24,519 nt of DNA, taken from the IMG/VR virus record IMGVR_UViG_3300047322_001016. The stretch is one strand, 5' to 3'. Origin of the DNA: an uncultured virus (IMG/VR IMGVR_UViG_3300047322_001016) (taxonomy: Duplodnaviria > Heunggongvirae > Uroviricota > Caudoviricetes). The notes under the pieces were generated by a model that had not been told where the DNA came from, ran no database searches, and saw only the letters and a list, made by a program, of their open reading frames with translations. This document shows positions 14,627-23,059 of this stretch, one piece after another (the first letter of the stretch is position 1; each line of letters begins with the position of its first letter). The position numbers and the translations under genes were made by a program.

Positions 14627-15706
14627 CTACCTGTCTCCAGGCATTTTGAACTCTCGAAACTTCCGTCGTCCCCAAAGCCGTTCGATTAGATCGTCAAAAG
14701 ACCGTAGTGCGCTGATTGTGTCACTGGGACGCATCGATGCTTGGGGGATTACGCAGGCTCGAAAATGAGCCCTGATTGCCCGAGGGATAGGATCTCTCAA
14801 TTTCCCGAGCACGGGGTCGCCGCCCAACACTCGCACCATGCTTTTCGCCGCGATGAAGATGTCCGTCGCCGGCGTAGACGGCTGCTTCTCAAGGACTTCG
14901 TCGGGATACCAGTCGCGGTACCTGGGGATGATCGCGACCGGCTTCGTGCCGGCCTCGGCGGAGTAGCACCAGTCGATCAGCACCACGCCGTGTTCGGGCG
15001 GCAGGATCATGATGTTGTCGGGGAACGGCGCATGATGAACGATGCCGGCGTCGTGTGCGAGCGACAGCGCGGTGAGTATGCGCCGCCACATCCACGCCAT
15101 GTCTTTCGCGTCGATGCCGTTCGGGTAGGCCCTCGCCACGTCGGCGAGCGTCACCCACTGGCCGCTGTCCCCGGGCCTGTTGGCCGGCAACGCGTCGAAC
15201 ACGTTGGCTTGCCTTTCGACTCTGCTCGAGTCCTTCACCCTGAGTGCGTCAGTCAGCCGCGGCAGGAACACATGCTTGCTCTCATGGGCTTCGCGGCGGA
15301 TCTTCTTGATCGCCGTCACTTCGCGTCGCATCAGGTCGCCGTCCCTGGGTGACCTGGCGATCTTGATGATGCCGCCGTCGCTCGAGTAGATGTCGGCGAT
15401 GTCGCCCCGCTCGAGCTTGGCGCCGAGCAGATACTTCTTCTTCTTCGACGTCACCGTCAAACCAGCGAGACCAGGATCGTCCCATGTTCCGTTGTCGAAC
15501 AGCTCACGGGCGATCCGCCACATCGCGCTCAACTGGATGAACTGTTCCGTCGCCGCCGCGACCTGCTCGGATGTGGCTTCCTTCGGGAGTCGGTCGGGGT
15601 GGCTTTCGCGGACGAGTTCGCGGTAGATGTGTTGTGCTTCCTCGAACGTGGCGTTCTCGCCGCCGAACATGTCCTGCGGCCGCGCGGCTTTCGCGACTGC
15701 GCTCAC
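14627..15706 (-). CDS. J-domain (HPD) plus Ser/Thr protein kinase-like fusion
   Basis: YRELVRESHPDR; GDIADIY, IIKIAR, L..E, IVHHAPFPDN, LIDWCYS, YPDE, TDIF. Confidence 0.85.
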   Translation of the reverse strand: MSAVAKAARPQDMFGGENATFEEAQHIYRELVRESHPDRLPKEATSEQVAAATEQFIQLSAMWRIARELFDNGTWDDPGLAGLTVTSKKKKYLLGAKLERGDIADIYSSDGGIIKIARSPRDGDLMRREVTAIKKIRREAHESKHVFLPRLTDALRVKDSSRVERQANVFDALPANRPGDSGQWVTLADVARAYPNGIDAKDMAWMWRRILTALSLAHDAGIVHHAPFPDNIMILPPEHGVVLIDWCYSAEAGTKPVAIIPRYRDWYPDEVLEKQPSTPATDIFIAAKSMVRVLGGDPVLGKLRDPIPRAIRAHFRACVIPQASMRPSDTISALRSFDDLIERLWGRRKFREFKMPGDR

Positions 15707-15903
15707 GATCCACTCCGGAATTCCGGAGAGACGACCTTCTCTAGTGTGAGAACGATGATGTCGGGTCGCCCTCCGACCACCTGAACGTCAGCCACGGTGA
15801 ATTGTGTGCCGTCCGCGATGACGGCGACCACGGGAAGGATTTCTCCTTCTTCGATCTCCATCAGTTGGTCGACGAGATCTCCGCCGTCCATTACTGCTCC
15901 CAT
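15703..15903 (-). CDS. Hypothetical protein (66 aa)
   Basis: Fills the gap between rtcB and the kinase; GTGA-coupled to the kinase. Confidence 0.6.
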   Translation of the reverse strand: MGAVMDGGDLVDQLMEIEEGEILPVVAVIADGTQFTVADVQVVGGRPDIIVLTLEKVVSPEFRSGS

Positions 15904-15905
15904 CG

Positions 15906-17246
15906 TCAGTCCTTCCACGGGTCATGGACGTCGGCTCCTGCCATCACGACGCCGACGGGACGCAGCATGTGCACGACCTCGATGTTCGAGTGCTGCCCGA
16001 GCACCGTCGCCAAATCCTTGTAGGCGGCTGGTGCTTCGTCGGCCGCGGCGCCGACGACGATGATGCCGCGCTCCCGCAGCTCCTGCTTCACCGTCGGCCA
16101 GTCGATCAGCCCTTCGCTGACCTTCTCTTCCGTCCAGAACTTCCGCAGCACGGTGCCGTGCTCGGGGCAGTAGTCGCCGTCTTTGTGTTCGCGCGCGGGC
16201 TGCGTGTAGTGGCAGTTCCGTTCGCCGCACCCGTACATCTTGCGCTTCTTCACCTTCCCTGCCGCCTTGGTGCGTGACATGGCGCGTCCTGCTCCGTGCG
16301 GCGCCGAGCCGATCGCCCCGATGTCATCTACTGCTGTCGCGGGTGGCGGCAGCGGCTGACCTGTCCATCCGCCGCCGATCTTGCCGCGAACGATGACCGA
16401 CATGTCGCCCATCGAGCCGCCGATGAACGCAGGATCACGCGTGAGCGGCGTCGCGCCTTTCCGCACGACAACCTTGCCGTTCTCGAGCCACGCGTAGTTG
16501 TGATGGTTGTGGACGCTCGACACCGGCAACGCACCCAGGATGTCGAGGACCTGGCTCATCACGTAGTCGCGTCCCGCATACGCGTATGCGCCGGCGAGCT
16601 CCATGCACTCCCAGTAGAACGCGCCGATCTCGCTGTCGAGGTTGAACACGGTCGGCTCTTCCCTGTCCTGGGCGCCGTCGCCGAACGCACGGTTCGCCGC
16701 GAGGTTCAGGAAGCCTTTCGCGATCGTGTGTCCGAACCCGCGGGAGCCGAAGTGGTTCGCGACCCACAGCCACCCGTTTTCGTCGACGAGAAGGTCGACG
16801 TAGTGGTTCCCGGCGCCGACGGTGCCGAGCTGCCGTTCGGCTTTCTGCTTCAGGCCTGGCGAGCGCTTCTCGATGTCGGGCCACAGGTGGCTGTCGAACA
16901 AAGGATGGTCGACTTTCTCTTGTTCGTTGGAGCGGCCCATTCCGAACGAGATCCGCTCGTTGATCTCGGCCAGTAGCGGCTGGACTTCGCGTTCCACGTC
17001 GGCGAACCGCAGGTTCGTCTTCACGGCCTTGTTGCCGCAGCCGATGTCGTAGCCGACACCAGACGGCGACACGGCGTTGTCGTAAGCGACGACGCCGCCG
17101 ATCGGCATCGAATACCCGACGTGCCCGTCGGCGCACAGAGCGGCCGCCACAGCCCGTTCGTCCGCGGCGACCATGTTGAGCTGGTCGATCGTCTTCTGGT
17201 CGTGATCACCGAAGACCGTGACCGGCTTCGTTGCAGTGTCAGTCAT
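15906..17246 (-). CDS. rtcB: RtcB family RNA ligase (3'-P/2',3'-cyclic-P to 5'-OH)
   Basis: D.H.GY..PIGG, GYDIGCG, QLGT.G.GNHY, H.GSRGFG, HNY, RKGATP, GSMG, SAPHGAGRAMSR, DEAPAAYK; ATG at 17246. Confidence 0.95.
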   Translation of the reverse strand: MTDTATKPVTVFGDHDQKTIDQLNMVAADERAVAAALCADGHVGYSMPIGGVVAYDNAVSPSGVGYDIGCGNKAVKTNLRFADVEREVQPLLAEINERISFGMGRSNEQEKVDHPLFDSHLWPDIEKRSPGLKQKAERQLGTVGAGNHYVDLLVDENGWLWVANHFGSRGFGHTIAKGFLNLAANRAFGDGAQDREEPTVFNLDSEIGAFYWECMELAGAYAYAGRDYVMSQVLDILGALPVSSVHNHHNYAWLENGKVVVRKGATPLTRDPAFIGGSMGDMSVIVRGKIGGGWTGQPLPPPATAVDDIGAIGSAPHGAGRAMSRTKAAGKVKKRKMYGCGERNCHYTQPAREHKDGDYCPEHGTVLRKFWTEEKVSEGLIDWPTVKQELRERGIIVVGAAADEAPAAYKDLATVLGQHSNIEVVHMLRPVGVVMAGADVHDPWKD

Positions 17247-17437
17247 CCTCTCCCTTTCTTTGTTCGTTCTTCGTGGATCACGTCGCACCGCTCAGCGAGC
17301 ACAGTCGCGGCCGCCCCGAGTTGGACGAGTTCGGCGGGCAGGAAGTGGACGCGGAGGTATTCGTCGACGGCGTAGGCGCCTGTGTCGGCTTCGGCGTCTT
17401 CTGCGGCGATCAGCAGCGCTTCTGTTTCTGTGCTCAT
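17243..17437 (-). CDS. Hypothetical protein (64 aa)
   Basis: AGGAGG RBS; ATGA-coupled to rtcB. Confidence 0.65.
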   Translation of the reverse strand: MSTETEALLIAAEDAEADTGAYAVDEYLRVHFLPAELVQLGAAATVLAERCDVIHEERTKKGRG

Positions 17438-17507
17438 GGCTGAATACCTCCTGTTGGAAGCCAAGCCACTGGATAAGCCATCCCGCGAAGCGTGGTTCCC
17501 ATCCCGC

Positions 17508-17762
17508 TCATCGGAAGGTGCCTCCGCTTCGCAGGTACTCCGTGGCATGTTCATAGCCCTCTTCCCATGCCTCGCTTCGGTGGTACTCGATCAGGGTGGA
17601 AAGCGTCCCGTCTGCTGGCATCCCAGCGGCCTCCAGCGCACGCCAGAACTCCAGCTTCTCTCCGCGCAGACGCTCGATCTCGACAGCCAGTTCATCGCGG
17701 TGGCGGGTCATCTGGGCGTTGATCGCACGCAGTTCTCGGATCTGCCGGTCGTAGTCGTTCAT
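17508..17762 (-). CDS. Coiled-coil hypothetical protein (84 aa)
   Basis: Heptad-rich N-terminus; AWEEGY motif. Confidence 0.65.
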   Translation of the reverse strand: MNDYDRQIRELRAINAQMTRHRDELAVEIERLRGEKLEFWRALEAAGMPADGTLSTLIEYHRSEAWEEGYEHATEYLRSGGTFR

Positions 17763-17765
17763 GCC

Positions 17766-17918
17766 TTAGAACCGCCTTCCGGTGAGCAGGCAGACGAAGC
17801 AGTTGCGCGTATAGCTCCCGGCTTCGCGAGGGAACCTCAACCACACGTAGGGGATGGCTGCGATGTTCGCCAGCACCAGCCATCGCCGGGACGAGAATCG
17901 CGATTCTCGGTCAGTCAT
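17766..17918 (-). CDS. Possible 50-aa peptide (MTDRESRFSSRRWLVLANIAAIPYVWLRF...)
   Basis: GGAGG RBS; fills the gap; below the ORF-track cutoff. Confidence 0.45.
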   Translation of the reverse strand: MTDRESRFSSRRWLVLANIAAIPYVWLRFPREAGSYTRNCFVCLLTGRRF

Positions 17919-18183
17919 TTAGGCCTCCAATGCCAATGGTGGAGTTCGATCGGAATCCACGGAGCTTCCTCACTTTCGCGTCGAACACGCTGCCGCCAGG
18001 AAGATCCAGGTTGACCTTATGGCAGTGGGTGACGGCCGTATTGACAGCCTCGTTGATGCCGATGTGCTTGCGCGGGATCCGCGTTCCGGCAGGCCATTCG
18101 ATGTACCACTTCCCTGCCCGGTCGTATCTGACGACCTCGGCGCCCTCGCGCGTGACGGCATGAACCGTCCTGTCTTCGTTCAT
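17911..18183 (-). CDS. Actinophage-type hypothetical protein (90 aa)
   Basis: DRTVHA...VVRYDRAGKWYIE...PGG..FD; ATGA-coupled. Confidence 0.7.
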   Translation of the reverse strand: MNEDRTVHAVTREGAEVVRYDRAGKWYIEWPAGTRIPRKHIGINEAVNTAVTHCHKVNLDLPGGSVFDAKVRKLRGFRSNSTIGIGGLND

Positions 18184-18392
18184 GACGCGACCGGCCTGTC
18201 GTAGCCGTCGACGAGGATCGGACGCATGTGGCGTTCTTCCATCATGATCGCCGCGACCATCGCCGCTTCCCGAAGCTCGGTGGGCGTGAACGTGTTCCCG
18301 TCGGCGTGTGCCTGTTCCGCCAGCCGGTAGATCGTGTCGACAAGCATCCTGAACAGCGGATCCTGCCTGTACCGATCCCTTGAGCTCATCAT
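18180..18392 (-). CDS. Hypothetical protein (70 aa)
   Basis: DRY..DP.FR.LVD...TPTELREAA; ATGA-coupled. Confidence 0.7.
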   Translation of the reverse strand: MMSSRDRYRQDPLFRMLVDTIYRLAEQAHADGNTFTPTELREAAMVAAIMMEERHMRPILVDGYDRPVAS

Positions 18393-19936
18393 GATTCGCT
18401 TTCCGGCTTGAACTCGGGCACTTCGACGGCTGCCCCTTCGAACATCTCCGCGAACGCCTGTTTGATGCTCTCGGCCGACAGTTCGGGCTCCGCCATGAAC
18501 AGCTCGGTCAGGCGCCCCGCTGCGTTCGCTGCCCTCGTCTGCGCTTCCGTTTTCGCGGGTTCTTCCAGCTTGCGGTAGTCGCCGTCGCCGCCGTAGACGA
18601 ACGCGATCGCCTGCCGCATGATCGACTTCCAGTCGAGCGACGGGTCGACCTCGTCCAGCACTTCGCTGATCCCTTTCCACCCTGACTTCTTCTCGGGTGC
18701 GTCGTCGCGCCGCATCGTGGCAGGGTCGAAAGCATCAACCGGTTCGCCGTCTTCTGGTTCGTCTCCGAACGGAATGTCTTCAGCGGGAGTCTGCCCCGCG
18801 GGAGCGGCGGCGTCCTCGGGTTCGACCAGTTCCGCTTCCACGACCTCGTCGACTTCGACCTTCGCTTCGGCTTCGCCCTCCGGAATTCCGGAGTCGAACG
18901 GCGTCCCGGGCCCTTCCACCGCGACACCGCCGAACGCCCACGCAAACATCTTTTTGTAGTCGTCGGCCGAAGGCGGCGGGAAGTCACCAGCCGAGAACAG
19001 CTCGTCGCGGATCCGGGTGAGCACGTTCGCGATCCTTCTTCCGGCCTCGCTGCCCTTGTCGTCGGGAAGCTCCTTCACGGGGCTGCCGTACAGCTTCTGC
19101 ACGGCCTCTGAGATCCAGTCGGGCAAGGTCGGGTCGAGCTCGAGCGCGAGCTTCCCGATCTCTCTCCACCCGGACGGAGCGTCTTTCGCGAGCGAGTTGC
19201 CCGGGTCGAACCGCGGGTCGCGCCAGTTCGTCAGCTTCCCGACGGGCGTTTCCGTTCCCGGCGTGTCGTAGCCGGAGCCGCCGTAGCCGCCTTCGTCCCA
19301 GTCCTGCATCTCTTCGGCTGCGTACACCATCCCGCCGACCATGTCGGAACCCAGGCGGCGACACAGACGCCCGACGCACCTGGCCCACAGCATGTCCTGC
19401 CGGTACTTCTCCCAGTTCGCTTTCGTGTTCAGGCCGGCGTCGATCGCGTCCTCGATCGTCCACTCGACCTCGGCCTCTTCGCCGGTGTCGGAGCGGCGCG
19501 CGTGGATGAACGCCCGCTCCTTCGTCGACCCGGACTTCAGGATCACGAGGCCGCCGCGGCGCATCTGCGCCAGCATCTCTTCCGCCGCCAACGACGGCTT
19601 CCCGTCGATGATGTGGACCTTCTGCAAAGCCTGCATCGGCCCCAGGCCGATCTCGCGGCCGTACAGGATCCCCGCCACCACGGCCTCCGGGTTGCCGCGG
19701 TAGGCCTTCGGCACGAACGTCGTGTTCGCGATCGTGCGGGCCATCGTCATCGTCGCTTCCCACTCGCCCGGCGACGGCAACACCGCCGCCGGCGGCTGCG
19801 GCGCTTCGCGTTCCTCGCGGATCGCGACGGCCTGAGACTCGATCTGTTCGGGAAGCGACACTTCCGTCCCGGGTGTTTTCTCTTCCTCGGCTGTGATTTC
19901 GACGGCGTCTCCGTCGACCACGTCTGTTTCGCTCAT
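18389..19936 (-). CDS. recT: RecT/Redbeta-like single-strand annealing protein with duplicated C-terminal domain
   Basis: FVPKAYRG.P...ILYGREIGL.PMQAL..+H+IDGKP and W.KY...ML.AR...R...D..GG.Y..EEM motifs. Confidence 0.8.
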   Translation of the reverse strand: MSETDVVDGDAVEITAEEEKTPGTEVSLPEQIESQAVAIREEREAPQPPAAVLPSPGEWEATMTMARTIANTTFVPKAYRGNPEAVVAGILYGREIGLGPMQALQKVHIIDGKPSLAAEEMLAQMRRGGLVILKSGSTKERAFIHARRSDTGEEAEVEWTIEDAIDAGLNTKANWEKYRQDMLWARCVGRLCRRLGSDMVGGMVYAAEEMQDWDEGGYGGSGYDTPGTETPVGKLTNWRDPRFDPGNSLAKDAPSGWREIGKLALELDPTLPDWISEAVQKLYGSPVKELPDDKGSEAGRRIANVLTRIRDELFSAGDFPPPSADDYKKMFAWAFGGVAVEGPGTPFDSGIPEGEAEAKVEVDEVVEAELVEPEDAAAPAGQTPAEDIPFGDEPEDGEPVDAFDPATMRRDDAPEKKSGWKGISEVLDEVDPSLDWKSIMRQAIAFVYGGDGDYRKLEEPAKTEAQTRAANAAGRLTELFMAEPELSAESIKQAFAEMFEGAAVEVPEFKPESES

Positions 19937-19940
19937 GCCA

Positions 19941-20165
19941 CTACATCCTTTCCTTCACCATTAGGCGCCATTGCACCATCACGTCGTGCGGGAACCCTTT
20001 GAACCCCGTCACGGGATCGACGAACGAGCCGAGCCGCAGCGCGGCCACCGCTTTCGCGTCGTCGAGCGTTTTCGTGTCGAGGATCATCGCCATCCCGGCG
20101 GCCATCCAACCAGCCCAGTCGGCGTGGGATGACGGCTCCCACTGCCAGTCCGTGGCGGCAGTCAT
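19941..20165 (-). CDS. Hypothetical protein (74 aa)
   Basis: ATGA-coupled ORF. Confidence 0.6.
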   Translation of the reverse strand: MTAATDWQWEPSSHADWAGWMAAGMAMILDTKTLDDAKAVAALRLGSFVDPVTGFKGFPHDVMVQWRLMVKERM

Positions 20166-20671
20166 GACGGCTCCGTCTCGAAGGGGTTCAGGATCCAAAC
20201 GCCGTTCTCGTCGTCTTTCCCAAGGGTGTCGAGCCACCCCACGCAGCTTCCGTTGAACTCCCCTTCCTGCCCGAGCGTGAACAGCGCCACCCCGACGTCC
20301 TCGGGCGTGGTGGCGGTTGCGACCAGTTCGAGCGTGTCGAACCTCATCGTGTAAAGCCTGTGTCTGTGCAGCATGTCGCGGGGAGCAACCACCTTGCTGG
20401 GGGCCGACCGACGGCGGCTCCGTGTCTCCGGGTCGTCGTCCACAGGTTCAGACGGGTTGGTGAGCTTGTAGCGGTGCCCGAGCTCGCCTGTCTTGCCGGG
20501 AATCGCTTCCCGTTCGATCTCGTATCCGCGTTTGCGGAGTTCGCTCATCCGGCTGTTCAGCCGCTTCGCTCCTGTTTTGCGGACGATGTTCGCCGACGTG
20601 TGCCAGCGGCCGTCCGACAGCACGCGCAGGACGCGTGCGTTTTGTGAGTCGGGTCGTAGCGTTGTAGTCAT
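20162..20671 (-). CDS. N-terminal winged-HTH DNA-binding protein (169 aa)
   Basis: SQNARVLRVLSDGRWHT...LNSRMSELRKRGYEI. Confidence 0.75.
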   Translation of the reverse strand: MTTTLRPDSQNARVLRVLSDGRWHTSANIVRKTGAKRLNSRMSELRKRGYEIEREAIPGKTGELGHRYKLTNPSEPVDDDPETRSRRRSAPSKVVAPRDMLHRHRLYTMRFDTLELVATATTPEDVGVALFTLGQEGEFNGSCVGWLDTLGKDDENGVWILNPFETEPS

Positions 20672-20826
20672 GTCGTTTTCTCCGTCTTCGCTTTCCGCTT
20701 CGCCCTGGCCGCGCAGGCGTCCAGGTCGCGGCAGTAGTACTTGTTGGTTGGCCGCGATCGGATCCACGTTTCCCATGTAATCCGCTTCCCGCACCGATCG
20801 CAGTTCTTTGGGTTGATCTTCGGCAT
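20668..20826 (-). CDS. Small zinc-finger protein (52 aa, not in ORF track)
   Basis: MPKINPKNCDRCGKRITWETWIRSRPTNKYYCRDLDACAARAKRKAKTEKTT; coupled at both ends. Confidence 0.65.
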   Translation of the reverse strand: MPKINPKNCDRCGKRITWETWIRSRPTNKYYCRDLDACAARAKRKAKTEKTT

Positions 20827-21257
20827 CAGTCGCCGCGTTCGTGCTTGCGGAGCTTCGCCATCTCGTCCTGGATCTTCATCAGCTCAGCGTGGGGAGGATG
20901 TGCGTCGCGCAGTCCCTGAAGCTGGTAGACCGAGGGCTTCACGCCTTCGGTCTCGAGCAGCCCGATCAGGCGGGCGGGCGTTATGTCGCCTAGTCGTCGC
21001 AGCCGCTTCACGACGGCCTGGATCCGGTCGTCGTAGAAAGCTGCGAGACCGTCGGTGAAGACCTCGATCCGAAGCGCCCCGTGGGGGAACTTGTCTCCGA
21101 TGTCGAGCCAACGGAAGTAGACCTCGCCGCTCGCGCCGCCGCCGCCTTTCGCCTGGAACACGATGCCGATCTCGTCGACGATCCTTCTCACCTTCGGGTT
21201 GTGCGGGAACGCCACAGACGTCTGTGTGTAGGTGGGGATGCCCTTGCATTTCGGCAT
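20826..21257 (-). CDS. Hypothetical protein (143 aa)
   Basis: GAAAGGAGA RBS; first gene after the AT-rich promoter. Confidence 0.7.
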   Translation of the reverse strand: MPKCKGIPTYTQTSVAFPHNPKVRRIVDEIGIVFQAKGGGGASGEVYFRWLDIGDKFPHGALRIEVFTDGLAAFYDDRIQAVVKRLRRLGDITPARLIGLLETEGVKPSVYQLQGLRDAHPPHAELMKIQDEMAKLRKHERGD

Positions 21258-21311
21258 CAAATTGTCTCCTTTCATGCTTGCGCGGCTGCAGGGATGGGCC
21301 ACGCGTTCCGT

Positions 21312-21368
21312 AAATCACATCGTATAACAACCAGCGCTGATTGCCCAATTAATTGTGCCAATCACATC
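21312..21368 (-). promoter_or_regulatory. Putative sigma-70-type promoter with overlapping palindromic operator
   Basis: TTGGGC-N18-TACGAT (21348-21343 / 21324-21319); dyad tgattg-cc-caattaattg-tgc-caatca; direct repeat aatcacatc twice. Confidence 0.6.
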
Positions 21369-21416
21369 CTGACATATTCCAACGAAGGGTCGCCGCCGGG
21401 ACGACGATGCTGCCGC

Positions 21417-21638
21417 TCATGACGGCACCGCTTCGATCAGTCGCGAGTTGGAGTAGCCGTCGACGGTGACCTCCGGCTCTCCCACGTAGGAGTTCGGGAT
21501 GAGTTCGATCGACTCGACACGGCGTCCTTCCGCGTCGTGCAGGCCGGTGCGGATGTTGACGATCCCGAGCGGCGTCTCGACGTGGAGAAGCTGCTCGTCT
21601 TTCATCACGATCCGCCTTCTTGTGTTTGAGGTTCTCAT
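21417..21638 (-). CDS. Hypothetical protein (73 aa)
   Basis: AAAGGAGA RBS; ATGA-coupled. Confidence 0.65.
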   Translation of the reverse strand: MRTSNTRRRIVMKDEQLLHVETPLGIVNIRTGLHDAEGRRVESIELIPNSYVGEPEVTVDGYSNSRLIEAVPS

Positions 21639-21844
21639 GGTTTCTCCTTTGCGAGTTCGATTGTGAGGCACATCAGGAAGACGCCGAGGAACAGCACCCA
21701 TACCACCAAGGGCCACTCGCGCCAGGAAATGTCAGGCCCGAGCGCCAGCGAAAGAAGGGCGCCGCTCACCACGGACAGGAACGCGAACAGGGCGCCGACC
21801 CTCCATCTAAGCTGGGATGGGGTCAGCGGTTTCGGCTCACTCAT
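21635..21844 (-). CDS. Small membrane protein (2 TM)
   Basis: Two hydrophobic helices; ATGA-coupled. Confidence 0.65.
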   Translation of the reverse strand: MSEPKPLTPSQLRWRVGALFAFLSVVSGALLSLALGPDISWREWPLVVWVLFLGVFLMCLTIELAKEKP

Positions 21845-22059
21845 GCCACTTTCCTCCATGGATGGTCAGGCTCTACCTCGCCGCGTTTGATCGCGTTGTC
21901 GAAGTCGTACATCAGGTCGTCGTTCCCGGACGAACCGTATGACCTGAACCACCGCTTCACTTCTTCGCGGCTTGCGAACCCGTCCTGGCCGAAGTGGTGG
22001 TTGATCGCCCGTCGGAACGAGTCGTCGACGTCCTCGGCGTAGTTGACGCGCACCCTCAT
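21841..22059 (-). CDS. Hypothetical protein (72 aa)
   Basis: MRVRVNY...FRRAINHHFG; ATGA-coupled. Confidence 0.65.
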   Translation of the reverse strand: MRVRVNYAEDVDDSFRRAINHHFGQDGFASREEVKRWFRSYGSSGNDDLMYDFDNAIKRGEVEPDHPWRKVA

Positions 22060-22292
22060 GGCTTCTTTCCCGTGACGGACGGATGTTCCCGCAGGCAGTT
22101 CATGTCGCAGAAATGGAACGTCCGCGACAGGGGAGGATGGCTGGGCACTGCGTACACGAAGCCGCCCGTGTACCCCGGAGGCCGTGGCTTGACCTCGGCT
22201 GACAGCGTGATCACGTATTCGGCAGGCCACGAGCTTTCGTGGTAGCTGAGATCGGCGCCGCACTGGTCGCAGACCACCGTGACCGTCTTCAC
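22056..22292 (-). CDS. Zinc-binding protein (CDQC...HFCDMNC)
   Basis: CxxC plus FCxxxC; AAGGAG RBS. Confidence 0.7.
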   Translation of the reverse strand: MKTVTVVCDQCGADLSYHESSWPAEYVITLSAEVKPRPPGYTGGFVYAVPSHPPLSRTFHFCDMNCLREHPSVTGKKP

Positions 22293-22522
22293 GTCTTCTC
22301 CTTCTTTTCGCGGGCCAAGCGTTTGCGCTCGGCTGGAACTTGCGAAGGAGCGATGTCACGGCTGATCTTGCGAAGCGCTCCCACCCACAGGTCGGCACCC
22401 TCGTCGTCGAGGGCGCCTTCGATCGCGTTGGCGACAGCGTCGATCTTCCGTGCTGCGTTGACGGCGCGCTGTCGGCTGACCCAGCCCCAGTCACGGGCCC
22501 AGTCCGCTGGATCGCGGATCAC
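22289..22522 (-). CDS. Hypothetical protein (~77 aa)
   Basis: GTGA-coupled; helical composition. Confidence 0.55.
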   Translation of the reverse strand: MIRDPADWARDWGWVSRQRAVNAARKIDAVANAIEGALDDEGADLWVGALRKISRDIAPSQVPAERKRLAREKKEKT

Positions 22523-22836
22523 CGCGCTGCCCGCGCATATGTGAACAGCTCCGGCGTCCACACACCAGGCATGCAGCCCTGCAGCAGACAGCCGATCAGG
22601 TAGAGCTGGTGCCCGAGGTCACGCTCGAGGCCGTTGCGGTACTCGCCGTGCTCTTCCCCGCCCGCCCAGCGCGGGCCGCCGTACTCCGTGTTGAGACAGC
22701 GACGCCACAGCCGCTCGAGGTTCGTGTCGTCGAGCTCGAGCAGCCCTTCCAGGCCCTTCGCGGCTTTCTGCTCGCAGCGTGGGCATCCGGGCTGCAGGAT
22801 CGCGTTTTCGTCCTCGTGAAAGATGTGCTCAGCCAT
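22519..22836 (-). CDS. Hypothetical protein (105 aa)
   Basis: CAACGAAAGGAGA RBS; H..H...CPRC. Confidence 0.7.
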   Translation of the reverse strand: MAEHIFHEDENAILQPGCPRCEQKAAKGLEGLLELDDTNLERLWRRCLNTEYGGPRWAGGEEHGEYRNGLERDLGHQLYLIGCLLQGCMPGVWTPELFTYARAAR

Positions 22837-22855
22837 GGTTCTCCTTTCGTTGGGT

Positions 22856-23059
22856 TCATTCGGTGATGAACGTCAGGTTTTTGCGTCGCTCCCACGTGTG
22901 GCGGCCGAGCGACGGCGGCCGGTCGTCCCACAGCACCTTGACCGAATCAGGATCGTGGTGAGCGACTTTGAGCACGGTGCCGATGGTTCCCGGCCGACAG
23001 TTGGGGTGCATCCTTCCCGCCCAACCAACCCGTTCCAGCGTTCCGATTGCGGTCGTCAT
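22856..23059 (-). CDS. Hypothetical SH3-like small protein (67 aa)
   Basis: GTIGTV...VKVLWD pattern; ATGA-coupled. Confidence 0.55.
   Translation of the reverse strand: MTTAIGTLERVGWAGRMHPNCRPGTIGTVLKVAHHDPDSVKVLWDDRPPSLGRHTWERRKNLTFITE

Noticed and set aside
12924..14675. 583-aa ORF and other Arg/Gly/Ala/Pro-rich ORFs across the array on both strands
   Set aside because: Translation artefacts of a GGC pentamer repeat that rarely yields stops. The real gene has its own AAAGGAG RBS and ATG at 13595.
11271..15706. TerY-P triad (vWA + PP2C + kinase)
   Set aside because: No PP2C phosphatase is present, and the vWA and J-domain kinase look like different subfamilies.
17434..17511. 25-codon ORF coupled at both ends (also a 23-codon ORF at 21349-21420)
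   Set aside because: Too short and featureless to support; may be spacers or remnants.
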